Shown: positions 39,980 to 50,618, numbered from the stretch's first letter. The stretch: 64,000 bases of DNA from an uncultured Ignavibacteriales bacterium (GCA_964518635.1 CAZFGK010000016.1:2943-66942), one strand, 5' to 3'. Translations and numbers: made by a program. Notes: a model not told the origin generated them from the sequence alone.

Positions 39980-42115
39980 CTATCGTCCTCGCTTGCGGAG
40001 ATATCTTCGAAACCACTTTTCGATCCACTCCAGTCGCGCGATTCTTCGATCCGGGCGACCGTGACGAGAAAGTCCATGTGGCTCGTCAGGAAAACGAACC
40101 ATCTCGACCGTCTTCTTCATCAGCTTGAGTGTCACAAACAGTTGTTCTGCCTGCTCAATCGGACAGCGTAAGTCCTGCTCGTTATGCAGTATCAGGAGTG
40201 GTGTCTTGATCTTTTTTGCATGAGAGAGCGGGGAGCGATGCTGGTATTTTTCCGGTTCGGTCCAGGGCAGACCCGAGAACTCCTCTTTCAGCGAGAAGCC
40301 AATATCAGAAGAGCCGGTCATTGATCTGAGATCAACGACTGAGCGCATCGTCACCGCTGCGGCGAAACGATTCGTCTGGGCAACAATCCAGTTAGTCATG
40401 AAGCCGCCATACGAGCCACCACCAACGCCGATCCGTTTCGGATTGATCCATGACTGTTTTGCCAGCCAGTCGGTCGCAGTCATCAGATCCTTGTAATCGA
40501 TATCTCCCCATTCACCGGCATTCGCTTCGGCCCAGAGTTCCCCTTTACCGGTGCCGCCTCGCGGATTGGTATAGAGAACGACGAATCCTTTGCCCGCAAG
40601 AAATTGCATTTCATGCATCATCGAATAGCCATACTGGACTCGCGGTCCGCCATGAATCATGAGAATCGACGGGTAGCGCTTTTTCGGGGAGAAATCCGGC
40701 GGCAGGGCACACCAGCCATGAATTTCGATTCCTTCTTTCGTCCCAATCCGAACATCCCGATATTTTGCAAGGCGACGTTCTTTACGGAGTCGTTCATTCA
40801 GATTCGTTATCTGGCTTGCCTTCTTGTCAGCGCGATATGCAGTGGAAGCGATCCAGATATCGCCCGGGGAATCGAGTGTGGCACTAATAACTGCACAGCT
40901 TTTTCCGGCTCGATCTATCGCCATTCCTTTGACATGGCAGTCGCCGCCAAAGATACGAGTCGGCTTTCCGCCTCGAGAGGGAACCGAAAAGAGATTGGTT
41001 GTGCCGTCATCACCACTGACAAAGAAAATCTGACGGCCGTCTGAGGACCATTCAAGAAACTCAGAATGCTCAGCAGGGAGATCGCAGATAGTGTCATCAA
41101 TGCAATTACGGTCGAATTTTGCGGTCAGATCACGTCCGCCACGATTCCCCTGAACGTCGACCGACCAGACATGAACATTGGTCACCCCCCATGCCTCTTG
41201 TGGTTTGTCATGCCCGAGAAAGGCAATACGTTTTCCATCTGGTGAAAAACGAGGAAGGAACTTCGCCCCATCCGAAAGTGCGAGAAGTCGTTCTTTTTTT
41301 GCAGGACGACCGGCATTTTTCCGGGTGGAACGTGTGGAGAGTGGCATGACATAAAGCCCGGTCTTCCACCACTCAGCCTCCGCTTCCTTCGAGCGATTCG
41401 ACAGATAGCAGATCATTGATCCGTCACGCGAAAGGTCAGGATCAGTATGATCAAATGCACCACTCGTGATCTGGGTGAGTTCTGCACTCTCAAGATCAAG
41501 GGTGTAAACTTGATAGTTATCTTTCGGCAGGAAACCGTAGCCATCATACTTGTAGGAGAGCTTCGTAATATGCCGGTACGCTGGGGATCTTTCTTTCAGT
41601 TTCTTGTCTGTAATGAAATGGCTGTCCTGATAGCGCATGGCAAAGAGAAGCCCTGATTCATCCGGCAGCCACCTGAGCGCACTCAGATCGGCATCATAGT
41701 CGCCGATCTTTTTCTCATTCCCACCTGCGATAGAAATGACATAGAGCCCCTGTTTCTTCTCGATGCTGGATAAGTACGCGAGATACTTTCCGGATGGAGA
41801 AAAACTGAGTGAGTAGTCGTTTCGCTTTCCGGATGTGAATGTTCGCGTCTGTTTGGTGTCACGGTCAAACACCTGTATCTCGGTGTAGTAGGCGACATCA
41901 TCTTTGTCCATATGTTCAACGGTCCATGCGGTGAATCGTCCATCCGGTGATATCACCACCGAACGGGGAATGCGTAGCAGATAGAGATCATCTGCCTGCA
42001 CGGGAAGTGGAGTCACACGTGGTCGTCCGGCTCTGCGAACGCTCACTTTTGCATTTCTTGAGTTCTTACGAGGGGTTTTCAATCCTGATCCTGATCGTCG
42101 TTTTGTTTGTACCAT
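39980..42115 (-). CDS. S9 family peptidase (acylaminoacyl/dipeptidyl peptidase) with beta-propeller
   Basis: SPDG repeats, IHGGP, NPRG, GGSYGG, D.RCP, EPHG. Confidence 0.93.
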   Translation of the reverse strand: MVQTKRRSGSGLKTPRKNSRNAKVSVRRAGRPRVTPLPVQADDLYLLRIPRSVVISPDGRFTAWTVEHMDKDDVAYYTEIQVFDRDTKQTRTFTSGKRNDYSLSFSPSGKYLAYLSSIEKKQGLYVISIAGGNEKKIGDYDADLSALRWLPDESGLLFAMRYQDSHFITDKKLKERSPAYRHITKLSYKYDGYGFLPKDNYQVYTLDLESAELTQITSGAFDHTDPDLSRDGSMICYLSNRSKEAEAEWWKTGLYVMPLSTRSTRKNAGRPAKKERLLALSDGAKFLPRFSPDGKRIAFLGHDKPQEAWGVTNVHVWSVDVQGNRGGRDLTAKFDRNCIDDTICDLPAEHSEFLEWSSDGRQIFFVSGDDGTTNLFSVPSRGGKPTRIFGGDCHVKGMAIDRAGKSCAVISATLDSPGDIWIASTAYRADKKASQITNLNERLRKERRLAKYRDVRIGTKEGIEIHGWCALPPDFSPKKRYPSILMIHGGPRVQYGYSMMHEMQFLAGKGFVVLYTNPRGGTGKGELWAEANAGEWGDIDYKDLMTATDWLAKQSWINPKRIGVGGGSYGGFMTNWIVAQTNRFAAAVTMRSVVDLRSMTGSSDIGFSLKEEFSGLPWTEPEKYQHRSPLSHAKKIKTPLLILHNEQDLRCPIEQAEQLFVTLKLMKKTVEMVRFPDEPHGLSRHGRPDRRIARLEWIEKWFRRYLRKRGR

Positions 42116-42206
42116 GCAGCAATGCTAGCAGGTCGGCAAAAACTCTACAAGCCCTTTCTCGCGTAAGGTGTTGTCCCGCCACACGTAAGGAGTTGTCAAA
42201 AACACT

Positions 42207-42234
42207 TTGCAGGGAGAAAAGAGGGATATATCTT
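42207..42234 (+). promoter_or_regulatory. Candidate promoter for the E1 gene
   Basis: TTGCAG-16-TATCTT. Confidence 0.4.
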
Positions 42235-42362
42235 GCGCGCCCGTTGTATTCCTTGTTGGCTACCTTCCCGTTCGGGAAATAAGCCGCGCTCCTGGAGCGC
42301 AAAAGGATACAACACGCACTCATGTCAAAAATGTAATTGAGAAATACAAGGAGAGTTAGTTC

Positions 42363-44654
42363 GTGGAAACGATGGCGCTCATTGAGCGAATCAAAAAGTA
42401 TGACGGAAAGCTTCCCAAAGCGAAACCGAATCAGCCCCTTCCGGAATACTCCGGTAAAACCCCGGCTGAGTTAAAGCAGATGATGAAGATCATGCTCACC
42501 GCCCGGCGTGTTGAACGTGAAGAAAAACTGCTTCTTCGTAAAGGATACAATCGCTTTTTCATCGGATGCGGCGGCAAAGAGATGATGGATGTCGTCCTCG
42601 CGTCGCATACCACCGTGAAAGATCCATTTCACGGCTACTATCGTAACAAAGCATTCGATCTGTATCGTGGCACGACCATCAAAGACAAAATGCTCGAAGC
42701 GATTGGTGACACGAAATCCAAGAACGGCGGGATGCAGATTCCGCAACATCCGGCCTATCCGGAGCTTGGGATTATCCCGCAGTCATCTCCGACGGGCGGG
42801 AATGTCATGGAAGCTGCCGGTCTTGCCGAAGCCCTCATGCATCCTTCTCCGGTATCAAAGCTCTCGCAGTTTCCCGGTGGTGCCTATCCGAAAGATGCGG
42901 TCTCCATTGCCTGTATTGGTGATGGCTCTACCTCCGAAGTCGAGTTCGCCCGTGCGGTTTTCTATTCGACCTTTTACAAGACTCGCATGATCTGGGCGAT
43001 CTATAACTGTGGTTGGGCAATCTCGGTAAATGTGCACGAACAGTATCCCGACGGTGATCCGACCGTTCAATGTACCGGACTTGAAAAGTATGGTCTGAAG
43101 ATCATGCACTTCGATGGTACCGACATCAAAGAAGCACTGAAAAAAGTCAAAGAAGCATTCGATTATACCCAGGCCGGAAACGGTCCGGTACTCATGAATG
43201 TGAAAACAACCCGTGAGGGTTCGCATTCTGGTTCGGATGATCAGTCATTCTATATGGATCCGGTTGAAGTCGACTGGCACACCTACAATGACGCGGTTCT
43301 CAAGACCTGTAATACGTTCATTGAAGATGGGATCATGACGCCGAAAGATATTTCGGATATGTGGGATTCCATCGACGCTGAGATCAATGAAGTGTCAGCC
43401 AAGACTGTTGCGGAGTTCTCACCAAAGACCACTGAATTCGTGCTCAAGCATGTACTGACGTACGATTTCGAAGAGGTGAAGAAGACATGGAAGGCGTATC
43501 GCGATCTTTCCAAAGTCGACCGCGCTGCCAAGTACAAAGAATTCCATGAGAAGGGATACTTTGCTACTCCGGCCATACCGGAAGAAGCAGGTCCGATGAC
43601 CATGCGCTTCGCACTGAACTACACCCTTTTTGATCTGTTCATGCTCACTGAAGATGTCATCATGTTCGGTGAAGATGTCGCCGATTTCTCCGGCCACATG
43701 GCGCACGAGAAAGAGAAGCAGAAAGGGATGAAAGGAAAAGGGGGAGTCTTCCTCGTTTCCAAACATCTTCAGATGGCCTTCGGGAATCATCGCTGTTTCA
43801 ATACCCCGCTTGACGAAGCCGGTATTCTTGGTCGCGCCGCCGGACACGTCTTTCAGGGACGTCGTCCGCTGCCGGAGATTCAGTTCCTTGATTACATCAA
43901 CCCAGCCTATCAACTGCTGAAAGACCGTATCGCGACCTGTTATCAGCGTTCCGGCGGACATTTCAAGATGCCGATGGTGATCCGTTGTACCTTTGGTGGA
44001 TTCAAGCAGGGGGCTGGGGCTTTCTGGCATTCCGAATCAAACATGGGGACCTTCCTGAACATGCCGGGGATCCTGATCGCGACGCCTTCAAATGCTCATG
44101 ATGCTGCTGGTTTGCTCAAAACCGCCTGGGCAACTGATGATCCAGTTCTCTTTTGCGAATCGGTCGCGCTCTACAATCGTCGTGATTGGGAAGGACTCCC
44201 GATTGAAGCAGAGATGCCCGGTATCGATGAACTGATTCCATTCGGTGTCGCCAAAGTCTATCATCCGGAAGCAACCGACGTCGGGATTATTACCTACGGT
44301 GCAACGGTGCAAATGAGCCGGAAGGCGGCAGAGATTCTCCGTGAAAAGGGAATCAACGTCCGCGTCATCGATCTGCGTACTCTTCGCCCAATTGACGAAG
44401 AGGAGATCGTTCGGACTGCTAAGGAGTGCGGCAAAGTGCTCGTGGTGACCGAAGATCGCTTCCCGGGTGGATCGGCTGCAACGATTTCGGCAATCATCAC
44501 CCGCGGCGAAGGGCTGTTCGCTCTTGAAGCCCCGGTGCAGTTGCTGACAGCAATTGATGCCCGTGTTGCGTATGGTATGGATGGAGATGCTGCCTGCTTG
44601 CCGTCAATCGACAAGATTGTCGCCGAAGTGGAAGCTCTTCACCAGAACTTCTAG
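42363..44654 (+). CDS. Fused alpha/beta E1 component of a 2-oxoacid dehydrogenase (probably branched-chain)
   Basis: TPP motif GDGSTSE...YNCGWAIS, HSGSDD, beta part GEDV..GGVF, NTPLDEAGI, EIQFLDY, IDLRTLRP; AAGGAG RBS. Confidence 0.9.
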   Translation: METMALIERIKKYDGKLPKAKPNQPLPEYSGKTPAELKQMMKIMLTARRVEREEKLLLRKGYNRFFIGCGGKEMMDVVLASHTTVKDPFHGYYRNKAFDLYRGTTIKDKMLEAIGDTKSKNGGMQIPQHPAYPELGIIPQSSPTGGNVMEAAGLAEALMHPSPVSKLSQFPGGAYPKDAVSIACIGDGSTSEVEFARAVFYSTFYKTRMIWAIYNCGWAISVNVHEQYPDGDPTVQCTGLEKYGLKIMHFDGTDIKEALKKVKEAFDYTQAGNGPVLMNVKTTREGSHSGSDDQSFYMDPVEVDWHTYNDAVLKTCNTFIEDGIMTPKDISDMWDSIDAEINEVSAKTVAEFSPKTTEFVLKHVLTYDFEEVKKTWKAYRDLSKVDRAAKYKEFHEKGYFATPAIPEEAGPMTMRFALNYTLFDLFMLTEDVIMFGEDVADFSGHMAHEKEKQKGMKGKGGVFLVSKHLQMAFGNHRCFNTPLDEAGILGRAAGHVFQGRRPLPEIQFLDYINPAYQLLKDRIATCYQRSGGHFKMPMVIRCTFGGFKQGAGAFWHSESNMGTFLNMPGILIATPSNAHDAAGLLKTAWATDDPVLFCESVALYNRRDWEGLPIEAEMPGIDELIPFGVAKVYHPEATDVGIITYGATVQMSRKAAEILREKGINVRVIDLRTLRPIDEEEIVRTAKECGKVLVVTEDRFPGGSAATISAIITRGEGLFALEAPVQLLTAIDARVAYGMDGDAACLPSIDKIVAEVEALHQNF

Positions 44655-44680
44655 ACTTCGAAGATTAATGAAGAACACAC

Positions 44681-44717
44681 CAACGGCCGTGGCATTCACC
44701 GCGGCCGTTGCTTTTTC
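44681..44717 (+). terminator. Intrinsic terminator after E1
   Basis: caacggccgtgg/ccgcggccgttg stem followed by ctttttc. Confidence 0.7.
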
Positions 44718-44755
44718 AAATTGCATCAATGAACTGTCTCGTTCGTAGAACCATC

Positions 44756-45898
44756 ATGTACGCTGGCTTTTCTGGTCGGATTCTGAACTCTCTCGCTCTG
44801 GGGTTTCTCCTGCTTACTCCATTGGCAGCTCAGGAGCCGGTGCAACCGATCCCAGGTGACACTCCGGGAGTGATTCGTACGTGGCAGGGGTACAATCCGA
44901 TGCGTCTCACTCAGCCGAATTTCCCGGTCGAAAATCGGTCTATGCTTCAATATTTCTCAGACTCAGCGAGACATCTGCTTGTCGAAGTTGGCCCAGATGG
45001 GAAAGTAATAGCTGCCACTGCAATTGATTCAGTCCCAGTTGCTACCTCTCAGTGGATGGGCATCTGCACACCATTGCAATTTGATCTTCTAGGGGAGTCA
45101 TCAGGTGACAATCAACGTCGAATCGTCGTCATTCGAATCACGCTGGATGAAACTGGCCGAAATCTTCGAGTACGTGCACCGCAAACGAAGGGGCGTCCGC
45201 TTGAGTATCGATTGCTATCAGCCACTCTTGAAAAGGCAGGAATCGAAATCCCCAAACTCCGTTCATTTCCATCATTCTATCCGGTTCACCACTCACCTGA
45301 TTCGATGTTGTTGCCGCCGGTGGTCTTGTTGAAAATCGAGACTGATGCATTAGGGAAGGTTCTCTCATCTGAAGTTTTCTCCTCGACGGTGCCGGGAATC
45401 TCACCACAAATTGAGGCGGCTGGACTACGCGCAGGAGTTACGAGTCCAGCGAACGGAAACGGACAGACGAAAATCGCATATCTTCTTGTCAATCTACTCT
45501 CGTCGGGTGTTTCTCCTCTTCCGGCTCTCAAAGATTCAAACGTCAACGAATGGTTTGGTTTTCCGCGAGTAGTTGCTCTGCCAGACCGTCCTGATAGCAC
45601 CGAACTCCTTTGTCCACCGATCCCCAGAACCGATCTTCGCAAGCTCCAATGGGTTGAATGTGCCGGAGTCACCTACCCAGTCGCGGCGAAAGTGGCAATC
45701 AGCAAGGAAGGGGTGACCCGGGTATTTATCGATATGAAAATCAAAAGGGAGTTGCGTTCCAAAATGGATAAGCGGCTCCATGAGATTCGATTCTTTCCGG
45801 CAATACTGGCGAATGGGGAGCCGATTGACTGGCGTGGGAGTATACGTCTTGAATTTTCCGAAGAGGGGAGACTCCGGGTCATTCCGGATTGGCTTTAA
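44756..45898 (+). CDS. Secreted hypothetical protein with degenerate TonB-C-like segments
   Basis: Signal peptide; V.V..DGKV, VLLKIETDALGKV, RFFPA..NGEPI..RGSIRLEF. Confidence 0.5.
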   Translation: MYAGFSGRILNSLALGFLLLTPLAAQEPVQPIPGDTPGVIRTWQGYNPMRLTQPNFPVENRSMLQYFSDSARHLLVEVGPDGKVIAATAIDSVPVATSQWMGICTPLQFDLLGESSGDNQRRIVVIRITLDETGRNLRVRAPQTKGRPLEYRLLSATLEKAGIEIPKLRSFPSFYPVHHSPDSMLLPPVVLLKIETDALGKVLSSEVFSSTVPGISPQIEAAGLRAGVTSPANGNGQTKIAYLLVNLLSSGVSPLPALKDSNVNEWFGFPRVVALPDRPDSTELLCPPIPRTDLRKLQWVECAGVTYPVAAKVAISKEGVTRVFIDMKIKRELRSKMDKRLHEIRFFPAILANGEPIDWRGSIRLEFSEEGRLRVIPDWL

Positions 45899-46300
45899 AT
45901 CGCAATCACTGCGATGGCTGGGTCGAAATTCGCCTTTTTCCATAGAAACAGCTACTCTGGGGCGAAAGGGGAGGGAACGCCACCTTTCAAATGAGAATTG
46001 ATAGGAAGAATTGCTCCCACTTTACAGGCGGGAAGATAATGACTGCTTTTGGTGTACAAGATGGGCAGAGACACCGCTTGCCAAAGCGGGTTCAAACACG
46101 ACTAACGGAGAGTGTCCCTGTTGGGGCAATCAGGCCGGGAATCGTGCCACGAACTGAAAGGAGCTCCGATGCGCAGTTCTTTTTCGACTGTCCAGATTTC
46201 CCCCGTCGGTTCGGGCAATACGCGGGTAACCATTTACCAGACAAAGGATGAAATGAGACCGTTCAGACAAAACAGTTCCGGGAAGATGTCAGCGAGGGAC

Positions 46301-46328
46301 TTGACAGGGGACGTCCAAAACCTACTTT
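46301..46328 (+). promoter_or_regulatory. Promoter of the TPR-ExbBD-TonB operon
   Basis: TTGACA-16-TACTTT. Confidence 0.5.
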
Positions 46329-46384
46329 GTGGGTCTTTGGCGAAAACGGAGAAGGAACCTCATGCAGTGCGAAGCTGCTTTTCA

Positions 46385-48322
46385 ATGAACGTGATCAGAC
46401 CGAAATCCCGTATCGGCGCTATTTTCATAGCGTTGATTCTCTCTGTCGTTGCTTTTTCGAGCAACTCGATGGCTGCTTTCAAGGACCCCGAAGTCCAGTC
46501 GGCCCTTCAGGCGGGGGACACAACCAAGGCGTTAGCTACAATCAATGCCAAACTCTCCTCTGACCAGTCATCTGACGATCTCTACCACGCCCTCGGCGCA
46601 ATTCAATACCAACGTCAGCAATTCGAAGTCGCTCTCCCCAATCTCAAGCGTGCGGTAGATCTTCGTGCCAAGAACTGGGAAGCGCAATTACTTCTCGGTC
46701 GCCTCTATCTTCAGCTTGGTAATATCGACGCCGCCGAGAAACTCTTCCTCGAACAGAAGGGGAAGATCAAAGATAAGAAGGGGCTGGCGGAGCTGGAAAA
46801 CGGCTACGGGCTTACTATGATGGCGAAAAAGAATTACAGCGAAGCGGATAAGGCATTTCGACGGGCGATTTCCAACGGTGGAGAGAAGGCCGAGTATCGT
46901 ATCAATCTCGGCGATGCCAATTTTGCTCAGGGAATCCCGACTCTCGCCATGGCAGAATATGAAAAGGCACTCTCAGTCGACAAGACCGGCTCCCGAGAGG
47001 TCTATTTCCGCTGGGCTGAGTCCTGCATCGAAAACAAAGATTACGGCTGCGCGATCGAGAAGCTGAAAATAGTCCTCGATAAAGACAGCACTTATGCCCC
47101 GGCATGGAGACGAGCTGGCGAAATCTATTTCAAGGCCTCCGTCGGAGCGCGCAACTCAGATGACCGTTCGGCCCGCTCAAAAGATGTCATCGGTGCTTAC
47201 AATCGTTACTTCAATCTCACCGGTGCCAAAGCTGATTCCCTGACCGTACGCCCCTATTTTGAACTGGGAATGGCCTATGCAAATATCCGTGCCTTCGATA
47301 GTGCGGCATTCTACCTGAACACTGTGTTGCAAATCCCCTACGAGCCACGTGATGTCTACTACACCTACGGTAAAGCTCTCTGGGGGAATCGTGAATGGGA
47401 CAGCTCGGCGGTCTATTTCGCAAAGCATCTCGAGTGGGTTGCTCGTCAGGATGATCGATACATCTCGACCATCAACATGCCTGAATTCTATCAGATGTAC
47501 GGAGACGCCTACTATTTCCGTGAGCCGAGAGATAATGCCAAGGCAATCGAACTCTACAAAAAGGCGCTCGAAACCCAGCCGGACAATAAGCGAGTCCTGG
47601 AACGTATCGCCTTTGCGTATCATCAGAATAAAGACTACGCCCCGGCAATCGCTGCCTACGAAAAGCGAATCGTCCTCGGAATTGATTCCGCCTCCAGCAG
47701 CACTCTGAAAAATGCCGGCTTCTGCGCTCTTGCCGTTGCCAGTGGCGGGAAAGAAGAATCGGAAGAGTTTGCCCCATCTGATAGCACCACCGAAGAAAAG
47801 GGTGGAAATGGGGATGCTGCCAGTGGCATCGACCCAAACAAGAATTACCGCATGGTCGCTATTGAGTATTTCAAGAAGTACCTTGAATATACGCCGAAAG
47901 ATTCGCGCGTACTGCTCCTCGTTGCCCAGACCTATATGTCACAGCTCAAGGATTGCGGAGAAGCAACGAAATGGTTCGACCGCTTGTTGAGCGTTGATCC
48001 TTCAAACTGTGATGCTTTGAAATCACTCGGATTTGCCTACACTGCCGGAAACGGCTGCCCGAAAAACTACGGACGTTCGCTTGACTATCTCCTGAAGGCA
48101 GTTGAATGTCATCGGAAGAACGGCAAGGGATGCGACGGCAAGCTTCTTCTTGCAATAGCGCAGGCCTATCATCTCCGGGCTGCTGAATTGTCAGCGAGCG
48201 ATCCAGCAGCATCGAAGAGTGATTACAAGAACGCCTACGATTGGTATGGAAAAGTACTGGAATGCGAGCCGAAGAATTCGGACGCAAAGAAAGGGCAGCA
48301 GGACACTCGTTTCGAGTTCTAG
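46385..48322 (+). CDS. Secreted tetratricopeptide-repeat protein
   Basis: Signal peptide (IGAIFIALILSVVAFSSNSMA) and many TPR motifs; start 46367 or 46385 preferred over 46112. Confidence 0.85.
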   Translation: MNVIRPKSRIGAIFIALILSVVAFSSNSMAAFKDPEVQSALQAGDTTKALATINAKLSSDQSSDDLYHALGAIQYQRQQFEVALPNLKRAVDLRAKNWEAQLLLGRLYLQLGNIDAAEKLFLEQKGKIKDKKGLAELENGYGLTMMAKKNYSEADKAFRRAISNGGEKAEYRINLGDANFAQGIPTLAMAEYEKALSVDKTGSREVYFRWAESCIENKDYGCAIEKLKIVLDKDSTYAPAWRRAGEIYFKASVGARNSDDRSARSKDVIGAYNRYFNLTGAKADSLTVRPYFELGMAYANIRAFDSAAFYLNTVLQIPYEPRDVYYTYGKALWGNREWDSSAVYFAKHLEWVARQDDRYISTINMPEFYQMYGDAYYFREPRDNAKAIELYKKALETQPDNKRVLERIAFAYHQNKDYAPAIAAYEKRIVLGIDSASSSTLKNAGFCALAVASGGKEESEEFAPSDSTTEEKGGNGDAASGIDPNKNYRMVAIEYFKKYLEYTPKDSRVLLLVAQTYMSQLKDCGEATKWFDRLLSVDPSNCDALKSLGFAYTAGNGCPKNYGRSLDYLLKAVECHRKNGKGCDGKLLLAIAQAYHLRAAELSASDPAASKSDYKNAYDWYGKVLECEPKNSDAKKGQQDTRFEF

Positions 48323-48356
48323 CCTGACTGCCAAGTGAAAGGACTGCGACAGAGGC

Positions 48357-49199
48357 ATGGCTGATCCAAAGACCGCAACCGGACAGAAGAGAATCTCGCC
48401 GGAAGAGCGTTTTCGTTATATCGGTTTTGATGTCTTCCCGGGAAAACCGGGGGAGATTTTCAAATCAGAGACTGAGCGTGCAAAACTCGTAACCGAAGCT
48501 GAGAAGCGTCGCCATAGCGGGAATACCCTTCGCGACGACTGCAAGCTCTTGGAAGAACGTGTCAGCGGTATGGAGCGGATGGTTCTCACCGTTGCTGCCG
48601 TCGTCATGGTCTTGGCACTTTTCCTCCCGTTCTATCGCAGCAACACCGAACAGGTTGTGCAAAAAGAGGTTGCTGCTTCTCCGAACCAGACGAACGCAAA
48701 AGGGGATGAGGTCATCACCGCGACACAGACTCGCCGTGATGTGACTCGTACTTTCTATTCACTTACCGGTTTTGGTTCCATTCTGGCAGTTGGCGATGTT
48801 GGCGGGAAAGTCTTCGGCTCCGGTATCATTCTGATCCTGACCGGCCTGGTTCTTTTTCTTCTGACTGTCTCATGCGTCGCGGTGCCGGTGATGATACTCA
48901 AAGAAATCTACACTGGTCGTGGCACTCCTGATGAGCGTGCGACCAAACTCAAGAAAACACTTCGGATCGCATGGGCACCGCTGCTCTTGTTTGTTGCCGC
49001 CATGTTCCTGTCATTTTTCGGATCAAGCTACGGCTTTGATCCGGCAAACGGCGCAAGCTATGGTGTCCCCAACGGGCTTGCTTTAGTCACTCTTGGCAAC
49101 GGCTACTCGGTCGCTGCTTTCCTTGGTACCGTCTCTTTTGGTGTCTATGTTGCCCTTGCAGCATCGATACTGTTGGCAATTAAAGGCGTAGAAATTTAG
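48357..49199 (+). CDS. Hypothetical multi-pass membrane protein
   Basis: About 4 hydrophobic helices; AAAGGA upstream; lies between the TPR gene and exbB. Confidence 0.7.
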   Translation: MADPKTATGQKRISPEERFRYIGFDVFPGKPGEIFKSETERAKLVTEAEKRRHSGNTLRDDCKLLEERVSGMERMVLTVAAVVMVLALFLPFYRSNTEQVVQKEVAASPNQTNAKGDEVITATQTRRDVTRTFYSLTGFGSILAVGDVGGKVFGSGIILILTGLVLFLLTVSCVAVPVMILKEIYTGRGTPDERATKLKKTLRIAWAPLLLFVAAMFLSFFGSSYGFDPANGASYGVPNGLALVTLGNGYSVAAFLGTVSFGVYVALAASILLAIKGVEI

Positions 49200-49235
49200 T
49201 GAAACAATACATCCTAGCACGGAGGAACCGTTCGC

Positions 49236-49994
49236 GTGGTTAAGCAGACTCTCTTCATTACCCTGAATGCCGTGATTGCGTTCAGCATCGGATTTTACCT
49301 CTGGTTCTTTGTTTTCAAGAACTCAGAAAATACGATTCTACAATCCGTCTATCATGGCGGTCCGCTCGTGGTCATTCTGATCATGGTGCTCATTATGCTC
49401 CTGGCCTTCATTGGCGAGCGCTACTTGTCCCTTTACAAGAATGCCAAGGGGACCGGCTCGGTGCAGATTTTCTTCAAGAACCTCGTCGGTTTTCTTTCAA
49501 AAGATGACTTCGACGGTGCAATCGCCGCCTGCGACAAGCAGCGCGGAACTACTGCTAACGTCCTTCGCTCCGGTATCGAACGCTATCGCGAAGTTCGCGC
49601 CGACAAGTCAATGGATGCCGAGAAGAGAATCAATCTGGTGCAGAGTGCTATCGATGAAGCCAACGCCCTAGAAGGACCGCTTCTCGAACGGAACCTGATC
49701 GCTATGTCGACCATCGCCTCTATTGCGACCATGATCGGGCTTCTGGGGACGACCATCGGCATGATTCGCGCCTTTGCCGCGACCGGTAATGTCGAAGGTG
49801 GTGTCATTGACGCTTCTTCCCTTGCCGTCGGTATTTCTGAGGCACTGGTGAATACTGCCGGTGGACTGATCTCCGGTATTCTTGGGATTTTCTTCTACAA
49901 TTTCTTCGTGAACAAGGTCGACTCATTTAACTATGTCACCGATGAAGCGGTATTCGAAGTGATCCAGCTTCTGAAGGCGAAGGAAGGAAAGTAA
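49236..49994 (+). CDS. exbB: MotA/TolQ/ExbB proton channel
   Basis: ATMIGLLGTTIGMIRAF, GISEALVNTA.GL. Confidence 0.92.
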   Translation: MVKQTLFITLNAVIAFSIGFYLWFFVFKNSENTILQSVYHGGPLVVILIMVLIMLLAFIGERYLSLYKNAKGTGSVQIFFKNLVGFLSKDDFDGAIAACDKQRGTTANVLRSGIERYREVRADKSMDAEKRINLVQSAIDEANALEGPLLERNLIAMSTIASIATMIGLLGTTIGMIRAFAATGNVEGGVIDASSLAVGISEALVNTAGGLISGILGIFFYNFFVNKVDSFNYVTDEAVFEVIQLLKAKEGK

Positions 49995-50046
49995 GCAGCA
50001 CGTATGCAGCCGAGATGCTGCATGAATCGCTTACAAACAGAACGCG

Positions 50047-50517
50047 ATGAGTAAGATTAAGAAAAAACGGCGCGTCGGCATTAATATCGACATGACCCCT
50101 ATGGTCGATATCGCCTTCCTGCTTCTGATTTTCTACATGATGACCACCTCGTTTAAGCCACCGGAAGCGAAGGCAGTTGATCTGCCGTCGTCACACTCAC
50201 AGATCGAATTGCCTGACAAGGATATTATCAATATCACTGTCACCAAGGATGATTCGATCTATGTCGATCTGGTGACCAAAGAGCAGCAGACGATTGATGG
50301 CGTCGAACAACTGACCACTGCCCGTATCGTGCGAACCAGCAGTGTCTTCACTATTGGGCAGGACTTGGTGGAGTTTCGTGCCAAGAATATCCGCGCGAAT
50401 ATTGTGATGAAGGCGGATGAACGTGCGAAATTTGGTCTGATGAAGAAGATTATGGATGCGATGCAGGAAAACGACATGGGTCGATTCCTGATCATCACTG
50501 ATAACGAAGCATCGTAG
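50047..50517 (+). CDS. exbD: ExbD/TolR family protein
   Basis: IDMTPMVDIAFLLLIFYM, MKAD. Confidence 0.92.
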   Translation: MSKIKKKRRVGINIDMTPMVDIAFLLLIFYMMTTSFKPPEAKAVDLPSSHSQIELPDKDIINITVTKDDSIYVDLVTKEQQTIDGVEQLTTARIVRTSSVFTIGQDLVEFRAKNIRANIVMKADERAKFGLMKKIMDAMQENDMGRFLIITDNEAS

Positions 50518-50618
50518 CAATTTCAGACGTGGGTGCTTCTTGAACTGCACCCGTTTGCTGAATGCTTGAATAATCGTCGAGAGTTACTCGACTATACAAA
50601 GAGAGAAGGAACCCGGTC

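Noticed and set aside
43419-44030. 203-aa antisense ORF, and similar ones at 26782-27324, 60180-60974 and 9345-9905
   Set aside because: They overlap well-conserved genes on the opposite strand and have no recognisable motifs.
46112-46384. N-terminal 90 aa of the TPR ORF as given in the track
   Set aside because: A promoter-like TTGACA/TACTTT lies inside this stretch and the signal peptide begins after 46385.
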